Shown here: piece after piece, positions 36,206 through 50,839 of the stretch
How the letters are laid out: every line of letters starts with the position of its first letter
Position numbering within the stretch: position 1 is the stretch's first letter
Source: Eledone cirrhosa
Taxonomy: Eukaryota
DNA: 64,000 bases
NCBI GenBank assembly: GCA_964016885.1
Contig: OZ024758.1
Location: 18,538,001 to 18,602,000 of the forward strand
Direction of reading: 5' to 3'
Program-made: the position numbers and the translations under genes
Notes under the pieces: generated by a model
The model's input: only the letters and a program-made list of their open reading frames with translations
Told to the model about the DNA's origin: nothing
The model's database searches: none

Positions 36206-36887
36206 GATATACACTTAGATTTTATTTGAAAAGCAGAGTTACTAGGAATTAATCATGTAGACAAACACTACAAAATAATTTTCCTTTTACGCAAGAACGT
36301 GTTGAGTAGTTAGTCTTTACAGTCGATGCTTAGATATGTGTTAGTAAAACTGAAAGAAAATCCTCATTGTATAGAATTGTCACGTGCAACCAATTTCCTG
36401 GCAACTTCCTATGCCTATGTTCGGTATTTCTCACTGGGTACGTGATTTCAGAAACTTAATCCATATGTAATTTGTGCTATTTCAGGGTAGACGATAATTT
36501 AGAGCTCAGTGTCGGAAATTGGTACATTTGCAGGAAGCTGTTAATGTGCTTTCATTATATTTATGGAGTGGCAATTGGAATTTTCTTATTCTAGCTTGCG
36601 GCTCTTTCAACAAAACAGATCTGTTCACGCTATCTTGTTTATTCCTTTCAAATACGTATGCAATACATTCAAAATAGCGTTGACATGCGTATATTAAAAA
36701 CAAATCGAAGGGTCTTCTAATATAACCAAAAAAATGATAATCTAAGTGACATTTTCTCAAACGTATAGCCGACATAAGAACAACTACTACAGACAGAATA
36801 AGCATAATCATGTTCATATTAGACACACACTATGTAATCTGGTCGTATTAATAGTACGTACAATATTCATTTCTTTCCTTGTAATAA

Positions 36888-37004
36888 TTGTTTCTACTAT
36901 TGGCACACGGCCAACAATTATATCACTGCATTACTGGTACTTAATTTTATCGACCCCATAAGGATGAAAGGCAAAGTTAACCTAGGCTTGATTTGAACTC
37001 AGAC
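36888..37004 (-). mobile_element. 5'-truncated tRNA-SINE
   Basis: Matches the 23160 family from the B box to the 3' end. Confidence 0.85.
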
Positions 37005-37093
37005 ACCCCTAAAAGTCAGGTCATAATATATGACTGACTACAGTAACTTTGAGAGATACTGTCTAAACGATGCATTAGGAAAATAATGAGGAA

Positions 37094-37144
<51 letters not shown>

Positions 37145-37148
<4 letters not shown>

Positions 37149-37477
37149 AGAGCAAAAGATGGTTAAAAGAGTTCCATGTATTTTATTATGCGCATTTCAA
37201 AAACAAATATCATCATGCAATAATATTTGTGTTTTCATCAGATAAAACAGGAGGACATGATATGAAGGCTAAAAAACACTTGTGGATAGTTCAGTTTTAA
37301 ATCAACATATGAGAAGTAGTTTTAGATTATGTGTGATATTGGGAAAAATATTTTCATGGAACTCCTTTAACCATCTTTTGTTCTTATATATTATGTATAC
37401 TCCAGTCCTACAAACTGTAGAGTGCTTCTTATCCGATATCTGCATTTCTTTATTGTACTACAATAAAACTCACCTCC
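37145..37477. mobile_element. Second copy of the hammerhead fold-back family (short inverted arm plus tail)
   Basis: Aligns to 10259-10420 and 10552-10671; flanked by (TA)n. Confidence 0.85.
37181..37247 (-). ncRNA. Type-I hammerhead ribozyme motif
   Basis: ttttat CTGATGA aaacacaaatattatt-gcat-gatgatatttgtttt GAAA TGCGCA TA ataaaa; perfect 6-bp stem I, about 15-bp stem II. Confidence 0.72.
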
Positions 37478-38014
37478 TATATATATATATATATATTATA
37501 TTATATATATGTATATAATATATATATTATATATATATTATATGTGCAACATGCTAATACTACCTTAGCGTTCTATGATCGCAATCCATAAATCGGACAA
37601 TTCATCAATCTTCTATTTTAGAACCACCAAGAAGGAATTATTCTAAGTCAAAAGGAAAGAGCTCTTGGGGAAATATTGATTCGGGAAAGGAAGAATATAT
37701 GTAGAATGTAAAGAGTATTGGCATGCCGGATCAGTTTACAGCTATGTTAAATACTATTGTCTTCACTAACAGAAGGCAGAAAAAAGCGTTCGTTCCTTTT
37801 ATCTTGGACTATTTCAGCTGCCCATTTGAAAATATGGAAATGCCTTGAAACAGGTCATAATACATTGTGCAAAACATCACTTTAATTTGTTTTTATCATC
37901 AACATTTCTTCAGCTTCTTCCTATAAATGAGGTCCCTATGAGTTTTCATCCCAACCGGTCTCAGTGCTTCAGGCGTTATATATATATATAGGTCAACTCA
38001 CCAACAGGACCTCA

Positions 38015-38112
38015 CTGTGTGGTGCCAATTGTCCAGTCCTTCATATCTATAATAAGGAGCAGATTTTGCAATAGCCTGGATTTCAAAGGTCCTCAACTCT
38101 TCAACAAGATGC
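38015..38112 (+). mobile_element. Old CR1-like ORF2 C-terminal fragment
   Basis: VPIVQSFISIIRSRFCNSLDFKGPQLFNK resembles TIRHNYFTSIGPALFN of the 17205 element. Confidence 0.5.
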
Positions 38113-39918
38113 CATCGTTAAGACCCTATTGCTGCTATATCAAGCGTTATATATACATTCCATATACTGTATCGATTGTGTTGTTAATCCTGTTTACCAT
38201 GTACATACAGACACACACACATTATATATATTTTTCAGATTAGAGCAAACATCACGGACGCTCTATCTCAAAATTATTTTTGAAAAGCATTAGAAATGCG
38301 CAAGCGGTAAAACTTAAAACCAAAACTGAATACTAAACAATACTATTACTAATTCTCACTTATTCCTAATTAAACTATTTTTCACTGTGAACAATTTGTC
38401 AGCATTTTCGTTTCCGTTTACCAATATATATATATATATAATGTATATATATATATATAAATTCCTTTATACGTGCGTGTGCGTGCCTGAGCTTCTGTGT
38501 GAAGTGTGTAAGTGGTGTAGAGTATCCTTATTAATTAGTCTGGTATTGTTTATTTACCTGAATGCTTATGTTTAGATTATACTATATTCTACTGTCGAAC
38601 GTGCAATTCTTTTACCAATAGCATATGCAATGAAGTAAGGGAGACGATATACTTCTAATTTCAATTGGCTATGTTTATTACTATGTGCAATACTTCACAA
38701 TTTTGTTTCTGCTATGATAAACAGAATGCGAAACAAGCTTTAGAGAATACGTTATTCTAATTGGGCTTCAATCTAACATTTTTTTGTTTCTTAGAATTAT
38801 CGATCTGTTACCAATGATTATTCACTTGACTATTTTGAAATACCTCATCTTCAACAGTTTGAGATAGTTTGTCAGATTTTCCACTAGTCTTTCGTATTAA
38901 AACGAAGTTTCTGAACAAGGTCACGTAATTTCAGACCGCTTGATTTACGATAATAGAAGGAAACATATTTACCAAAAACTAACATTATTTCTAAAAACAG
39001 TTTGATCTATAAATTGGTGGTGTATACATGGAATTCTGCAGCGTTGATTCAATTATAGTATTTTACTTGCATTTCTACAGGCTTTAATGTGAGGTGATTT
39101 CATATACGAAGACTTCCATAAAAAAAAAACGAAAATACGAAAATTAGTTTCAAGAAAGCTGCTGAGAAAAATGTAAAATAAAATAAATGCGCATGAGCGT
39201 TGGCATTAAACAAGACAATCAGTAATGAGAGATCGTAAAAGTGAATTACAAAAAAAAAGAAATAAAATGTATTAGCAAGTAAATATGTTCCTAAAATAAT
39301 CAAAAATCTCGGCAGCTAATAAAATGATACGGTTTCGTTTCTAAGCTAAAACAATTTAATTTTCGTTTTCCTCTAACAACGTTAGCTTTTACATAAATAG
39401 CCAAATGTTATAACATGTATAAAGAATGTGTCATTTTGTTTTGTTCTATTAATCAATATAACGTACAAAATTCACTTGAATCAGATGCTCTTTGAATGTT
39501 TAGTCTGTACATAACGTCGCTTTTATGCAAGAATTGAATTAAAAAGACAGCGCGTGACAACATATACAGAAAACTATTCGGTAAAACATTGACATTAGTT
39601 ACTGAGATTGTATTATTTTGCAAAGCAAGTCATTAGAAAATGCATTATACATCCACACAGTGTACAATATATTTACTATGCCATATAACAATGTATTGTT
39701 CTTGTATTTTCTAGGCGAGAGTATAGCTTAATATGCAATCTCTAATATTGAGCATATATTTTCCCGTTTATGCTAGGTTTCCTTCAGTTTATAAAAGCAA
39801 TGAAAGCAGCAAGGCATGTTGTTCAACGCTAGCCACCATAAATGTGTGGTTATTAAATATCTAATGATATATAAATATATATAATCTTTATTTCAATATA
39901 TATATATATATATAATAA

Positions 39919-40006
39919 TTGTTTCTACTTTATGCACAAGGCCAGCAATTACCCAGTGCATTACTGGTACTTTATTTTATCGACCCCGTAAGGATGAAAG
40001 GCAAAG
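39919..40006 (-). mobile_element. 5'-truncated tRNA-SINE
   Basis: 3' half of the 23160 family. Confidence 0.85.
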
Positions 40007-40014
40007 TATATATA

Positions 40015-40168
40015 TAATAATAATAATAAATGTGAAGACTAAAATCCAAAGAGGGCTCGATAAGGATAAATACATATAAAACATACAGGAAATATTTATT
40101 AAAATAGCATATTAAAGTCTAAGCAAAGAATCGGTGCTTTCACCCTTTGCTTACACTTTAAACTGTTA

Positions 40169-40177
<9 letters not shown>
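40015..40177. mobile_element. Member of the 4430/50604 rearranged inverted-repeat family
   Basis: Shared blocks gaagactaaaatccaaagagggc, aatcggtgctttcaccctt and ctgttattttaata. Confidence 0.7.
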
Positions 40178-40212
<35 letters not shown>

Positions 40213-41054
40213 TGATAGAGAAAAGGAGAAAGAAGTAGGGAAATGGCGACGTGATATATGAGGTGACTTCTGTGTGAAATATTTAGGGAAAAATAACAGC
40301 GGTAATAAAAACGACATTTACAGCATATGAAGTATCATTCTGTATATTATTCAGCTACCATATTTTCAGAGTCATGATTGTTAATGCAGGTTTGTAGTTA
40401 TTAGTATGCTATGTTGGTTAACTAGTTGTCTTAATACGGTGTAGACCAGGATAACATATTTCGTGGCAGGGAAAAAGTTGGATATGTGCTCACTAGGTTT
40501 GCTCACACTTTTTCTAAGGATTTTTGGTAGATGTTTGGAATATGCATAACTAAAATCCAATATCTCATTTATGTTCCTATATGCGGAATATTTACCTGCA
40601 TATGAACTGACATTTAGATCTCATACTTTATCTATTCTCTGATTGCCCATCTTGATCAGTGAATTGTGTGGCGGAATATTTCAGCAACGAATTCAATTCG
40701 TCTCTCAGAAATAGTTTATGAGTGGTCATAGTTGCGAATGAACTTTGCATAATGGACTAATTAGCTAAGTAAACCTAAATTCAGTCACCGTAGCCCTATC
40801 GCACAATATGTGACTAAAAGCTTAACGCAAAGAGAAATAAGGAAGATAAGGTGTCTGGTCGATTTTCACAAAGGAGTTGACTGATAGCCGCATATGTCAT
40901 ACAAGTGATAATGGCTGCTCGAAAACACCCAACAATTCAGCAATGCAAGGGACTCGGCAGAGTAAGGGTATTGTAGACAAATAAGATTCTTTCCCCTACG
41001 GTCTGTACCACGTCCCGAAATATTCGATAATAATAATAATAATAATAATAATAA

Positions 41055-41505
41055 TTGTTTCTACTATTGGCACAAGTCCAGCAATTACCCAGTACATTAC
41101 TAGTACTTTATTTTATCGATCCCGTAAGGCTGGAAGGTAAAGTTAACCTCGGCGGGATTTGAACTGAGAAGTGCAAGGACCGTAACTCTATGCTTCAAAG
41201 CATGGCGTAACTCTATGTGTCAAAGCATGGCGTCCGACCCTAATAATAATAATAATAATAATTGGTTCTACTTTTGGCACAAGGCCAGCAATTATCCGAG
41301 AAGGCGCAAGGCCAGCAATTTTGGAGGAAGGGAAAGTCGATTAAATCAACTCCAGTACATTACTGGTAATATATTTTATCGACCCCGTAAGAATGAAAGG
41401 CAAAGTTAACCTCGGCGGGATTTGAAATCCGATTATAAAGGGCCGTAACTCGATGCTACAAAGCATGGCATCCGACCCTCTACCAATACTGCCAATCCAC
41501 CGCCC
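41055..41505 (-). mobile_element. Two tandem tRNA-SINE copies (41055-41240, 41262-41505) within a (TAA)n array
   Basis: A and B boxes plus central domain; (TAA)n before, between and after the copies; the first has a 25-bp internal duplication. Confidence 0.9.
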
Positions 41506-42692
41506 TAATAATAATAATAATAATAATAATAATGATAATAGTGACGACATCATAATAGTTTTATTCACATTAATGAAAATTTGTCCGCGCCCACCTTCAG
41601 CAACTGTAGACAAATGAATTATCATCATCACCAGCATCACTATATTATTATTATTATTATTATTATCATTATTTTTATAGTAACCTGTATATTAATGCGT
41701 ATCACCATTTACACCATCATTATAATCAACCGTATCTATATTTTAATCACCATCATCATTATTATTATTATTATAATCACCATGACGTTTTCGGCGACAA
41801 CAATATCACTGTTGCCTTCATGGCTAATTGCATTTGTAATGCCAATTTCCTAATGTCCGGCCGATCACTTATATTTGCCCAGTGTCAATGATAATGCATT
41901 TAACGATTGAGGGTGATTTAACAATGTCCATATATATCTCGCAGTGCCCCCGCCTCTAAATCTTTGAAACATCTTTTGAATTGCTTAATGGTTTAACAAG
42001 TCACATACATTCGTCCACACCATATTAGTTATTATTAGATATTGAAGTTAATTTTCTCATGTCTCTAAACGAGTGACACTTAGTTATATGTTAAGAGTTA
42101 GTTTCGAACGAGTTTTCTCGATTAATATAACTTGTAATTCAATAGCCTGTGGCAAGGCATTTTGTAGGAAAGGAAATTAAAACCAATTTATGATATTTCG
42201 TTATCTTAATCAATCTTAGAGTAGACAATGATGTATCGTTTATCCCAACAATAGTTTCGATAATAATTATATTAGTAAATTCATGTCGGTTTTAATACAT
42301 CTTTCGATATCGGGGAAATCTATTCATGGGATATTGCTAAATGACACGAAGCTGTTCAACTACTTTTAAACACCAAACTGTATTATTGTACTTTTCATAA
42401 GTATCAACATTTAGAAACAAATTATAGATATAGAAATAGAGAAGGGAAGCAATGGCGGAATTAAGAGACCTGCGTTCTGATTTAAACACTTTACAGGAAG
42501 TATTATTTATTGATTCGCCATTGCAGTTCAAATTTAACCTGATATCTATGGTTGATTGAGAAAATTATTTGTCGTATTTCAAATTTTGCAATCGTTTAAA
42601 TGTGGTCACTTTGGATATACTTGCATTAATTTCAGTCGTATCAAAAAAAAATGGACAAATATCCATATTTATTAAATTATCATATCCATAAT

Positions 42693-42790
42693 GAGGCGGC
42701 GAATTTGTAGTGTCATTAGAATGTCAGACAAAATGGTTTGCAGTATTAGTTTCGGCTCTCCAATCTCTCTCGTTTCAAATCCTGCCGATG
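42693..42790 (+). mobile_element. Diverged SINE 5' tRNA-like head
   Basis: ggcggcgaatttg...gtttcaaatcctgccga resembles the family head and B box. Confidence 0.5.
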
Positions 42791-44349
42791 TGTAATAATG
42801 ACATGATTTATATCGCTCAGTATTACCTGTAATTCATTATAAATATCTAGAGTTTCAAACCATTTATTCCCGAACAACCTAAACATTAGTGGCTTGTTTT
42901 CTCTTCTACGATACTAGCACAGCTTTAGGGAATATGCTGCCAATGCAGATACCTTTAAAGGTTTTGTATTCTGTTTTGCCATTTCCTTTCTCCAACTACA
43001 CTAATACTATTTGTTGCATTGTTTCCTATTGCTCATCTCCAATGTATATCCTAATTATTTTCAGTAAGCCTTTTTGTGAGGGATCTGACTGATTTCCTAA
43101 ATGCAGTTGTGTGCGTTTAAGGGGAATTGTGCAATGTCTTCTTTTGGCTTCATATATTATAATATATTGAAATAACCTACGACCAAGTCATAGATATGTT
43201 CCGATAGTCACTTCTGTTAGCTATGGTGTTTTGCCATGTATTTTCTAAATCGTGTTTCGTAATTCCCGAAGCGTCCTTTTATTTTGAATTGGTTTCTCTT
43301 TTCAGTCTTTGCAAAATATTGTTCTATTTCCAGATCTTTATATTTGGATGATTTCTGTTACTTTTAGAGAGATACATTATTGTTTGCTACGACTGGTATT
43401 GCTTTACAGGTACTTAATTTCCTTGTAGTGCATCATACATAAAGATGGTTGGCTAATTTGCCCATGCCTGAATTGACAAATTTCAGTGCACGATGGCCTT
43501 GTTATTCTCAGTTTTCTTTTTCGTGTTAAGAATGTAATATTATCACATGACAAATCACCGTTATCGCTTTTTTGGCTAAGAATAGTTCACTACTTTCAAA
43601 ACACAAGAAATCTTTACTTTTTCTTCAAGTTTAAAAACAGTTTGCATTAGCGTTCCGTTTGGGTTTTCTTACTCTATATCTTTAGTGTTCTTCAGCGAAT
43701 ATTCTATAATGGGAATCCAGTTTCACGAATTCAATATTCGATGGGTTCGCAGTACATTTGTTTCTGAGCAATAGGTTTGAGTGTTGGGTTGACCCGAATC
43801 TTTGTACAATCACACTGTTTCAAGATGTCATGTGAGCTCGAACTCAGAATCAAATGATTGTGAAACGTACGTCTTCACCATTCACTCAAGATAGGTCCAC
43901 TTATCAAAGAAAACTTAAACAATAATACATTTTAGTCGACAGATTATATTTTGGATTTTATTGTATAATATCATGTAATTCATCTAAAATAAACTTAGTT
44001 TCTAATAAAATAGATATATGATTTATCATTACTACGGGGAACAAATGTTTTAATCAAACGGTTTAAATTTATCTTTTAAACTTTTTTTTTAGATTCAGTC
44101 ATTAGCCTGCATATATGGTGAAGAAGTGCATTGATTTATTCGATTATATCGATACGATAACTTTTTTTGTGTCCGTTACCTATTATATCGATATCTATTT
44201 TTGTCGAATCGGTAAGTTACCTGACCGTAGACAGTTAACGCAACATGGACGCACACATGCATGCATACATACACACACACCTATACAAGGTGCCTTCCAA
44301 AATATATACACACTTTTAAAATATATGTGTATACACTTTTTGGTGGATC

Positions 44350-44486
44350 TAGCTGTCGAAACGTTTGGAGCCCAGCCGTCGGGGTCCAGAATCTTTTCCT
44401 ATTTCCCACTCTACTACCCTAAGTATCGAGTACTTTGTTACGGTATGTTCCACCCGGTTTCTTACCACATTTTCTTTGTGTTAAGT
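44350..44486 (+). mobile_element. Penelope-like terminal-repeat fragment (22499 family)
   Basis: tagctgtcGAAAcgtttggagcccagccgTCgggg...ttcctatttcccactctactaccctaag. Confidence 0.6.
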
Positions 44487-44694
44487 ATGTAGGTGCGTGC
44501 GTGTGTTTATGTGTGTGTGTTTGTGTTTATATAGAGTAATATGAAGAGTTTCCATGCAAGCTCCTTAGAAAAAAAATCTACCGTCAGATATAATTCTGAC
44601 AGTAAGTTATAGGTGATCGGAGTTCTGGAATGATCATGCAGTTGGGATGAACCCGAGCCCATTTGGCTTCAACGCTCCCTACTTCAACAAATAA

Positions 44695-44864
44695 TTGTTT
44701 CTACTTTTGGCAGAATGCTAGCAATTACCCAGTACATTACTGGTACTTTATTTTATCGACGACGTAAGGATGAAAGGCAAAGTTAACCTCGGCGGGAATT
44801 GAACTCAGAATGGCAAGGGCCGTAATTCCATGCGCCAAAGCGTAGCGTCCGACCCTCTACCGAT
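44695..44864 (-). mobile_element. tRNA-SINE copy
   Basis: Matches the 23160 family. Confidence 0.88.
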
Positions 44865-45759
44865 ATAATGTTTGGAAATAATATTTATTATAAAATCATA
44901 GTATCTTTACTAAAGTATTAAATGCATCTAAAATTGTTTTGCATTAGATTAGAAGTATCATATCTCCATATTAACTGTCTGTGTACCTTTGCCAATTCTG
45001 ATTCTTGTAGTTATTTTAACATAAATATGAACATACGAAGATCGCTCTATTTGGAATTTCGTCCAAATATATGAACCTTAAAATGCGTTGATATGTCTCT
45101 TAATTTCCAAGCAATGTCGTAAAAAGTGGCAAATATGTCTACCGTCTATAATAGTAAATCAACAGAAAATAAGAAGACATAAATTTCATGGCTCCGGGAG
45201 ACATTATTTGTCGTTTACTTCTCTTCATTGAAATCGATATACATATTTGCACAGATTATGTCAATTTATTTCCCAAGTTCTTTACTTTTTTGGGTTTCTA
45301 TGAGAGGCATTCAAGTGAATATTTAAGCTAACGTTATAAAATACATTTTCATGTTTATATATTTCAAACCAATTTTCAATACAGATTTTATATTGTGTAT
45401 TTGTATTTATATTATCTATTTGTTTTCATATATAAAAAAATGATTTGTTAAGTTATTCAAGAACCATCGATTATTGATTATAGATGTTCTATATATAGTA
45501 TGAAGATGTAACATTACATTACCTTTAAATGTCTCTATTTAAAATAACATTTTTTCCGTGAATGAACTCTGAAATTGTCCTCATATCGTCTGCTTATAAA
45601 CCGCACGCAACATATTTTTCTTTCAATACATAATGTATAATAAAAACGTTAAATTGATCATTATCAAATTTATTGATGTTTTCCATAGTCAACAATGACA
45701 GTTGAATATTAGCAACAACATCATCGTATCATACCCGGTTTGCTTATACATTTTTAAAT

Positions 45760-46740
45760 ATTGGTTTTCTCATTTTCGTATTCATTTTATTTTTACAGAG
45801 CTGCTCTTTCCCCCTTTTTTCCTCCACTCCTCTTATTATTCGTCTTCTTATTCCTCTTCATATTTTTCCTTCTATTTTTGAACATTCTCTTCATATTTGT
45901 TTTATTCCCATGTTCGTATTCATCTCCGTGTTTCCATTTTTCATTTACGCCATATTGGTCTAATTATTCTTCGTTATCGCCGTGTTCATATACTCGTCGC
46001 CTTATTCTCTTCACTTATCTTTCTTTAATGTCTCACCTTTCTAATTACCGCTTCTTTCACCTTATTCTCTTCATTGTCTGTCTTGAATTTCTCACCTTTC
46101 TAATTACACCTTTTCTTTATTACCGTCTTAGCGTCCATCTTATTAAGTGCCTTCTTCATTGAACTATTAAGATGTGCCTACTTATTTATCGTCTTATTAT
46201 TCATTGTCTTTTGGCTTTTAACCGTCTTCTCATTTTTGACTCAACCGACTTCGTTTTTTATACATTGCATTTGCATTCTATGTCAGTTTTACATTGGTCC
46301 TTTTCGAATTTGTCTTCTCCTATCTTCTCATTCGCCCCCATCTAACACGTCTTCTAACTCCACTTCTACGGCTTCGACTATTCAAAGTCTTTTCCTTCAC
46401 CGTCTTCTTAATCATTTTTTTTTTCATTTCTTCAGTTTGACATCTAACTATTTCTCTTCTTTACCGTCTAACTCTTATTATTATTCAACTCCACATTCAA
46501 CTTCAGATTCAACGTCGTCTCTGCCTTTTTATGTCTTATTTTCTTTGGTCTTATTTTTTTTATTTGTTTACATATACTTCTTCCAGGACATGTCCGTCTT
46601 ATATTTATTCTTCTTGTTCATCTTAGTTATATTAGTGTTATTTTTCGTCTATGTTACCATTCTACGTATTAATAATAATCTTATCCTCCGTTTTCTCTCA
46701 TACATCGTCATCTTCCTTTTGACTAGAGACAGTCAATAAA
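45760..46740. repeat. Pyrimidine-rich degenerate low-complexity region (decayed TTC/TCA repeats)
   Basis: T/C-biased; ORFs are F/L/S-rich with no recognisable motifs. Confidence 0.7.
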
Positions 46741-49478
46741 TTGATTTACTGTCAGCCAAGACATCATATTTCATTAAAGTTCTATTAATTATGACCTGAA
46801 AATTATTTTCCTTTTAATGCTCTAGTATGGATTTATAAAAGTATTTCCCCTAAGTGTTTACTGATATTTGCTTTTCCATTTTCAATGTATTAAAAATATA
46901 TATCGAGATAATTGTTTGCAATAGTATGTAAACAAACACGATTCAAAGATGAAATTTGTTTAAGGAAAAATCTATAAGATAATTTAAATTAACAATATAA
47001 ACGTAATTAATCGGAAAGGTTTCATGTTAAATAAATTATTTTAAAGAACGTGTATTGTATTATGAAAGCAAACAACTATAGTCTTATTGATTTAATTTTC
47101 CTTATGCCCAGACGTTATGTAATTTACGAAGAAGTTATCGGACATTTGCACATTTTTTAATGTATACCTCTTAATACAGGAAGGAAAGGAAGACGTTTCT
47201 CATAGATGGTGAAGCAATCATTTTCTTCTCTAAGTCGCCAATGGTTAGGAATTAAATGTTAATAGTTTTAAATTACTGATGTTGACACTATATATAAAAT
47301 ACGGCTCTCAGGCATACACATAGGAATAGGCAATCATACACTTACATATATGACATATAATTACAGAAAAGTATATAGGCCTTTAATATATACACGTATG
47401 AAGGTACATGAAATATTTAAATTACCGGCTTCATACGGGTAATGGCCGATTATACAAATTGCAAGACTGTGCATCCCTCTCCCTCATATTCTGTTACAGC
47501 AAAGTTGAAATAGTTACAAAAGTTAATTGAAGCGAAATGAAACATCACGACGTATTTCAATAAATATGCTAGGTTTTATTTCTCTATGCAAAGACAAATG
47601 TGCATTCATTTCACTTTCAATCAGGGTAGAATGAATTTCTAGTCTAACACGACAACAATCTCGTCTGATCAATATAATTGTTTCTAGATATCATGCTGAG
47701 AGAATATGTCGACTGAACTCGTATTCGGTATGCTCATTTCAAAAGGCATGTACAAGATGTCGGGCCATCAAAAACAATACTCAGATTTGCCAAACAGTGT
47801 GATTATCTCATGTTGCCGATGTATACACTCCTAGACTAATTAGACTGAATTTAGCAGATATCTAGTTTTTTTTTTATAATTTATAACGACGTATATCCAA
47901 CTGTTTTCTGTTAGCGAAGAAATATGTATTCTTCCTATAACAAGATTAGAAGCTGTTCAAATCTATACAAACTGTTCTGCCAGCAGAGTAATAATTATCA
48001 GTACCACGTGGTAAGGACAATTATTCAATTCAAGAACCAGTTTAATATTGTATGTTTATTACAATTATATATGCCTTACTTTATCCCCAAAACGTTGTTC
48101 AATGCACTTTGAATAGATTACTTATTGTAAATGGACAAAACTAAATAGATCAAGATTTCCTTACTATATAAGTATTAAATGCATGTAATCTTCGTATCGT
48201 AAATGCCTAATAATGAACGGCACGGTGGATTATTACCCGACATTATGTCACTCCACTGTAAAAAGAAAGGATCGTAATAAAATTGAGTATTGCTAATAGA
48301 TTGGCTTAGCTTACATATAAAATAAGCCAGACCAGCTGAATAAGGACCTCTGAGGGAATGAATTAATCGATCTTATCATCACATATACAGATATACAAAA
48401 TCTGTTGAGTTGTAGCAAAAGTACATAATATATAGCTGGTAAGAAAATAAAGGTTATTAAACGCCTCTGTTACAAGCAATTAGTATTTTTATCCCAGTTT
48501 AAGATGGAACGAAAGGTTTAACTTACGTTAGCGAGGCATTGTATATTTAGTAAATTGATGTCGAAATGTCGTATTTATATGTAATGGCACAGCTTGCCTT
48601 ACACATTAAAATTATAAAAAACTGTGTATGCATTGATGTATGTATATATATATAGAGAGAGAGATATGTGTGGGGGTGTATATGTATGTATCTAGGCAGC
48701 CATAAACATTATATAAATACATACAGGGAGGGGGAAAGAGAGAGATAGACATAGAGAGAGATAGAGAGAGAGACACAAACCAGAGAGAGAAAGAGAGAAA
48801 GAAATAAGCTGAAGATAAGTGAAGGTACTCGTATGTACATCTCTGATAATTTGTAATATTTTTTTTACATAGATCTTTAATATGATATACATACCAACAC
48901 ACACACATACATCACCCAGAAACGATCGTAAAATGATGATTTTTTTTCAATATAAGGAACCTCTTCTTTGTTTTTATTTAATTGTTTTTTATTAATTTAT
49001 CTTCAGTCTATTTTCCTATGATTGTTACATTTTGAAAGCATTTTCTCTGTTCATGATATGTTCTAATTCTTTATAATTATCACCAAATTATTTTGTTGAG
49101 CAAAAATTTGCCAAAACTGCAACTATAGTTCATAGTAATGGTTCGGCTGCTGTCTTCTTAACACCCCACTCCTCACTTATTAACCTCGATGTCACGTGAT
49201 TGATTCTTTTGAATTTGCCACAGACCAAGTAGGAAGTGAATTTTTCAATGTCTTGGAACTTAGTCCATGCTTTGCTTTTTTCCATCCACTGAATTATTTT
49301 TGTATAAGTTCCCTGTGTCCACGCATTGCCTGGGAACTTAGCTGAGAATAGACTTCCCTGATGACGAAAGGCTTTCTCCATGTGTTTCGTCGGAAACCAT
49401 GTTTATTCCCTTTCAGAAACTAATTAGTTGGAGTGAAAGTTTAGTAAGTTAATTTTTATAATTTTCTTATTTTACGTC

Positions 49479-49543
<65 letters not shown>

Positions 49544-50270
49544 CACACATATATATATAAAATCGCAAGTGTATATTTATAATTCTATATGTATGTATAT
49601 ATATATATATATCATTCTATATATGTGTATATGTGTATATAATATACACATACAATATGAGTACTTAACATGTTTTTCTATCAAATTATAAATATACATT
49701 TACGATTTCATTTAATTCCATATAAAATTGATTATTTGTAAGATGAGCACTATCGTTGATGAATTGTTTAAAATAATATAGCATAGAATAATGACTATAA
49801 TGAACGTGATAAAACATATATGCGTGATAGCCTTAAGATATTAAGAACTCATGATATTGTGTGTTCTATTTTAATGTAGTGCCTTAATATACTGATATTT
49901 AATTCCTGTAGTGTCGTGATACATAAAACACTACTTATATTTGCATTATTTTATAATTAACAATTGTACGTTTATTCATACGATAAAAGCTGAACGAAAT
50001 GATTATCTTTGACTTTAGCATAGATTTAATAAACTTAGTTTCATCGACAAAAAAGTGCACCTAATATCGCAGTTATATGAGTTCCTATATAAAGATCTTT
50101 AGTAATATTGGTTTTATAGGATTATCATGTTTCTTACGCTTTTAAGTACATCTGTCTAAATACTTACGCAGCCATGTTTAACTCCTCTGTATATAGGTAG
50201 ATGCAGAATCCTACGGCGATCTTTTTCGCGAGCTCAGAGACAAACACTATATATATGTATATATATATAT

Positions 50271-50585
50271 GGGTTAGTGGTTAGAGCCTTGCAATTGAAA
50301 GGTTGTGAGTTCAATTCTCAGACTGGGCGATGTGTTGTTTCCTTGAGCAAGACACTTTATTGCACATTGCTCCAGTTTACTCTGCTGTAGAAATGAGACG
50401 ATAGGGACTGGGGTCCATATCATTGCACTGAAAAGTGGTCGTGGAGGTGGCACGGCAAAAAGCACCCAGCACTCACTGTAAATGAGGTTGGTGTTATGAA
50501 GGGCATCCAACTGTAGAAATAAAGCCATAATCAGTTCCCGTCCTACCCTTGCAAGCAGGGAAAAAGCGGACGTAAAATGAAATGA
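50271..50585 (+). mobile_element. Second tRNA-derived SINE family (CORE-like central domain)
   Basis: A box tagtggttagag, B box gagttcaattc, CORE-like gtgttgtttccttgagcaagacacttta, 3' ggttggtgttatgaagggcatccaactgtagaaa; flanked by (TA)n. Confidence 0.75.
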
Positions 50586-50603
50586 TATATATATATATAT
50601 ATA

Positions 50604-50822
50604 GTAATAATAATAAATTTGAAGACTAAAAGGGCGAAAGCAACGAATTTTTGCTTAAACTTTAATCTGTTATTTTAATATATATATATATATATATATT
50701 TATTAAAATAACAGATTAAAGTTTAAGCAAAGTATCGCTGCTTTCACCCTTAACGGGATCTTCTGAAACTAATCCTTATCTAGCCTTCTTTGGATTTTAG
50801 TCTTCTAATTTATTATTATTAC
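50604..50822. mobile_element. Member of the 4430/40015 rearranged inverted-repeat family, nearly palindromic around an internal (TA)n
   Basis: aataataataaatttgaagactaaaa...ttttagtcttctaatttattattatt termini; inner arms tttgcttaaactttaatctgttattttaata and its reverse complement. Confidence 0.75.
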
Positions 50823-50839
50823 TATATATATATATATAT

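Noticed and set aside
39060-39095. Strong acceptor-like tracts (also 27190, 28390, 39714, 45798)
   Set aside because: Expected by chance in T-rich DNA; no good donor or recognisable peptide
44220-44360. ctgaccgta-GACAGTTA...TAGCTGTC-gaaa could complete a hammerhead across a 110-nt loop
   Set aside because: Core is non-canonical, stem I does not pair, and 44095-44300 looks like a separate decayed SINE, so the pairing is probably chance
49130-49400. 83-aa minus ORF and a ctgatgacgaaa motif at about 49358
   Set aside because: Protein not recognised; no room for stem II between CTGATGA and GAAA
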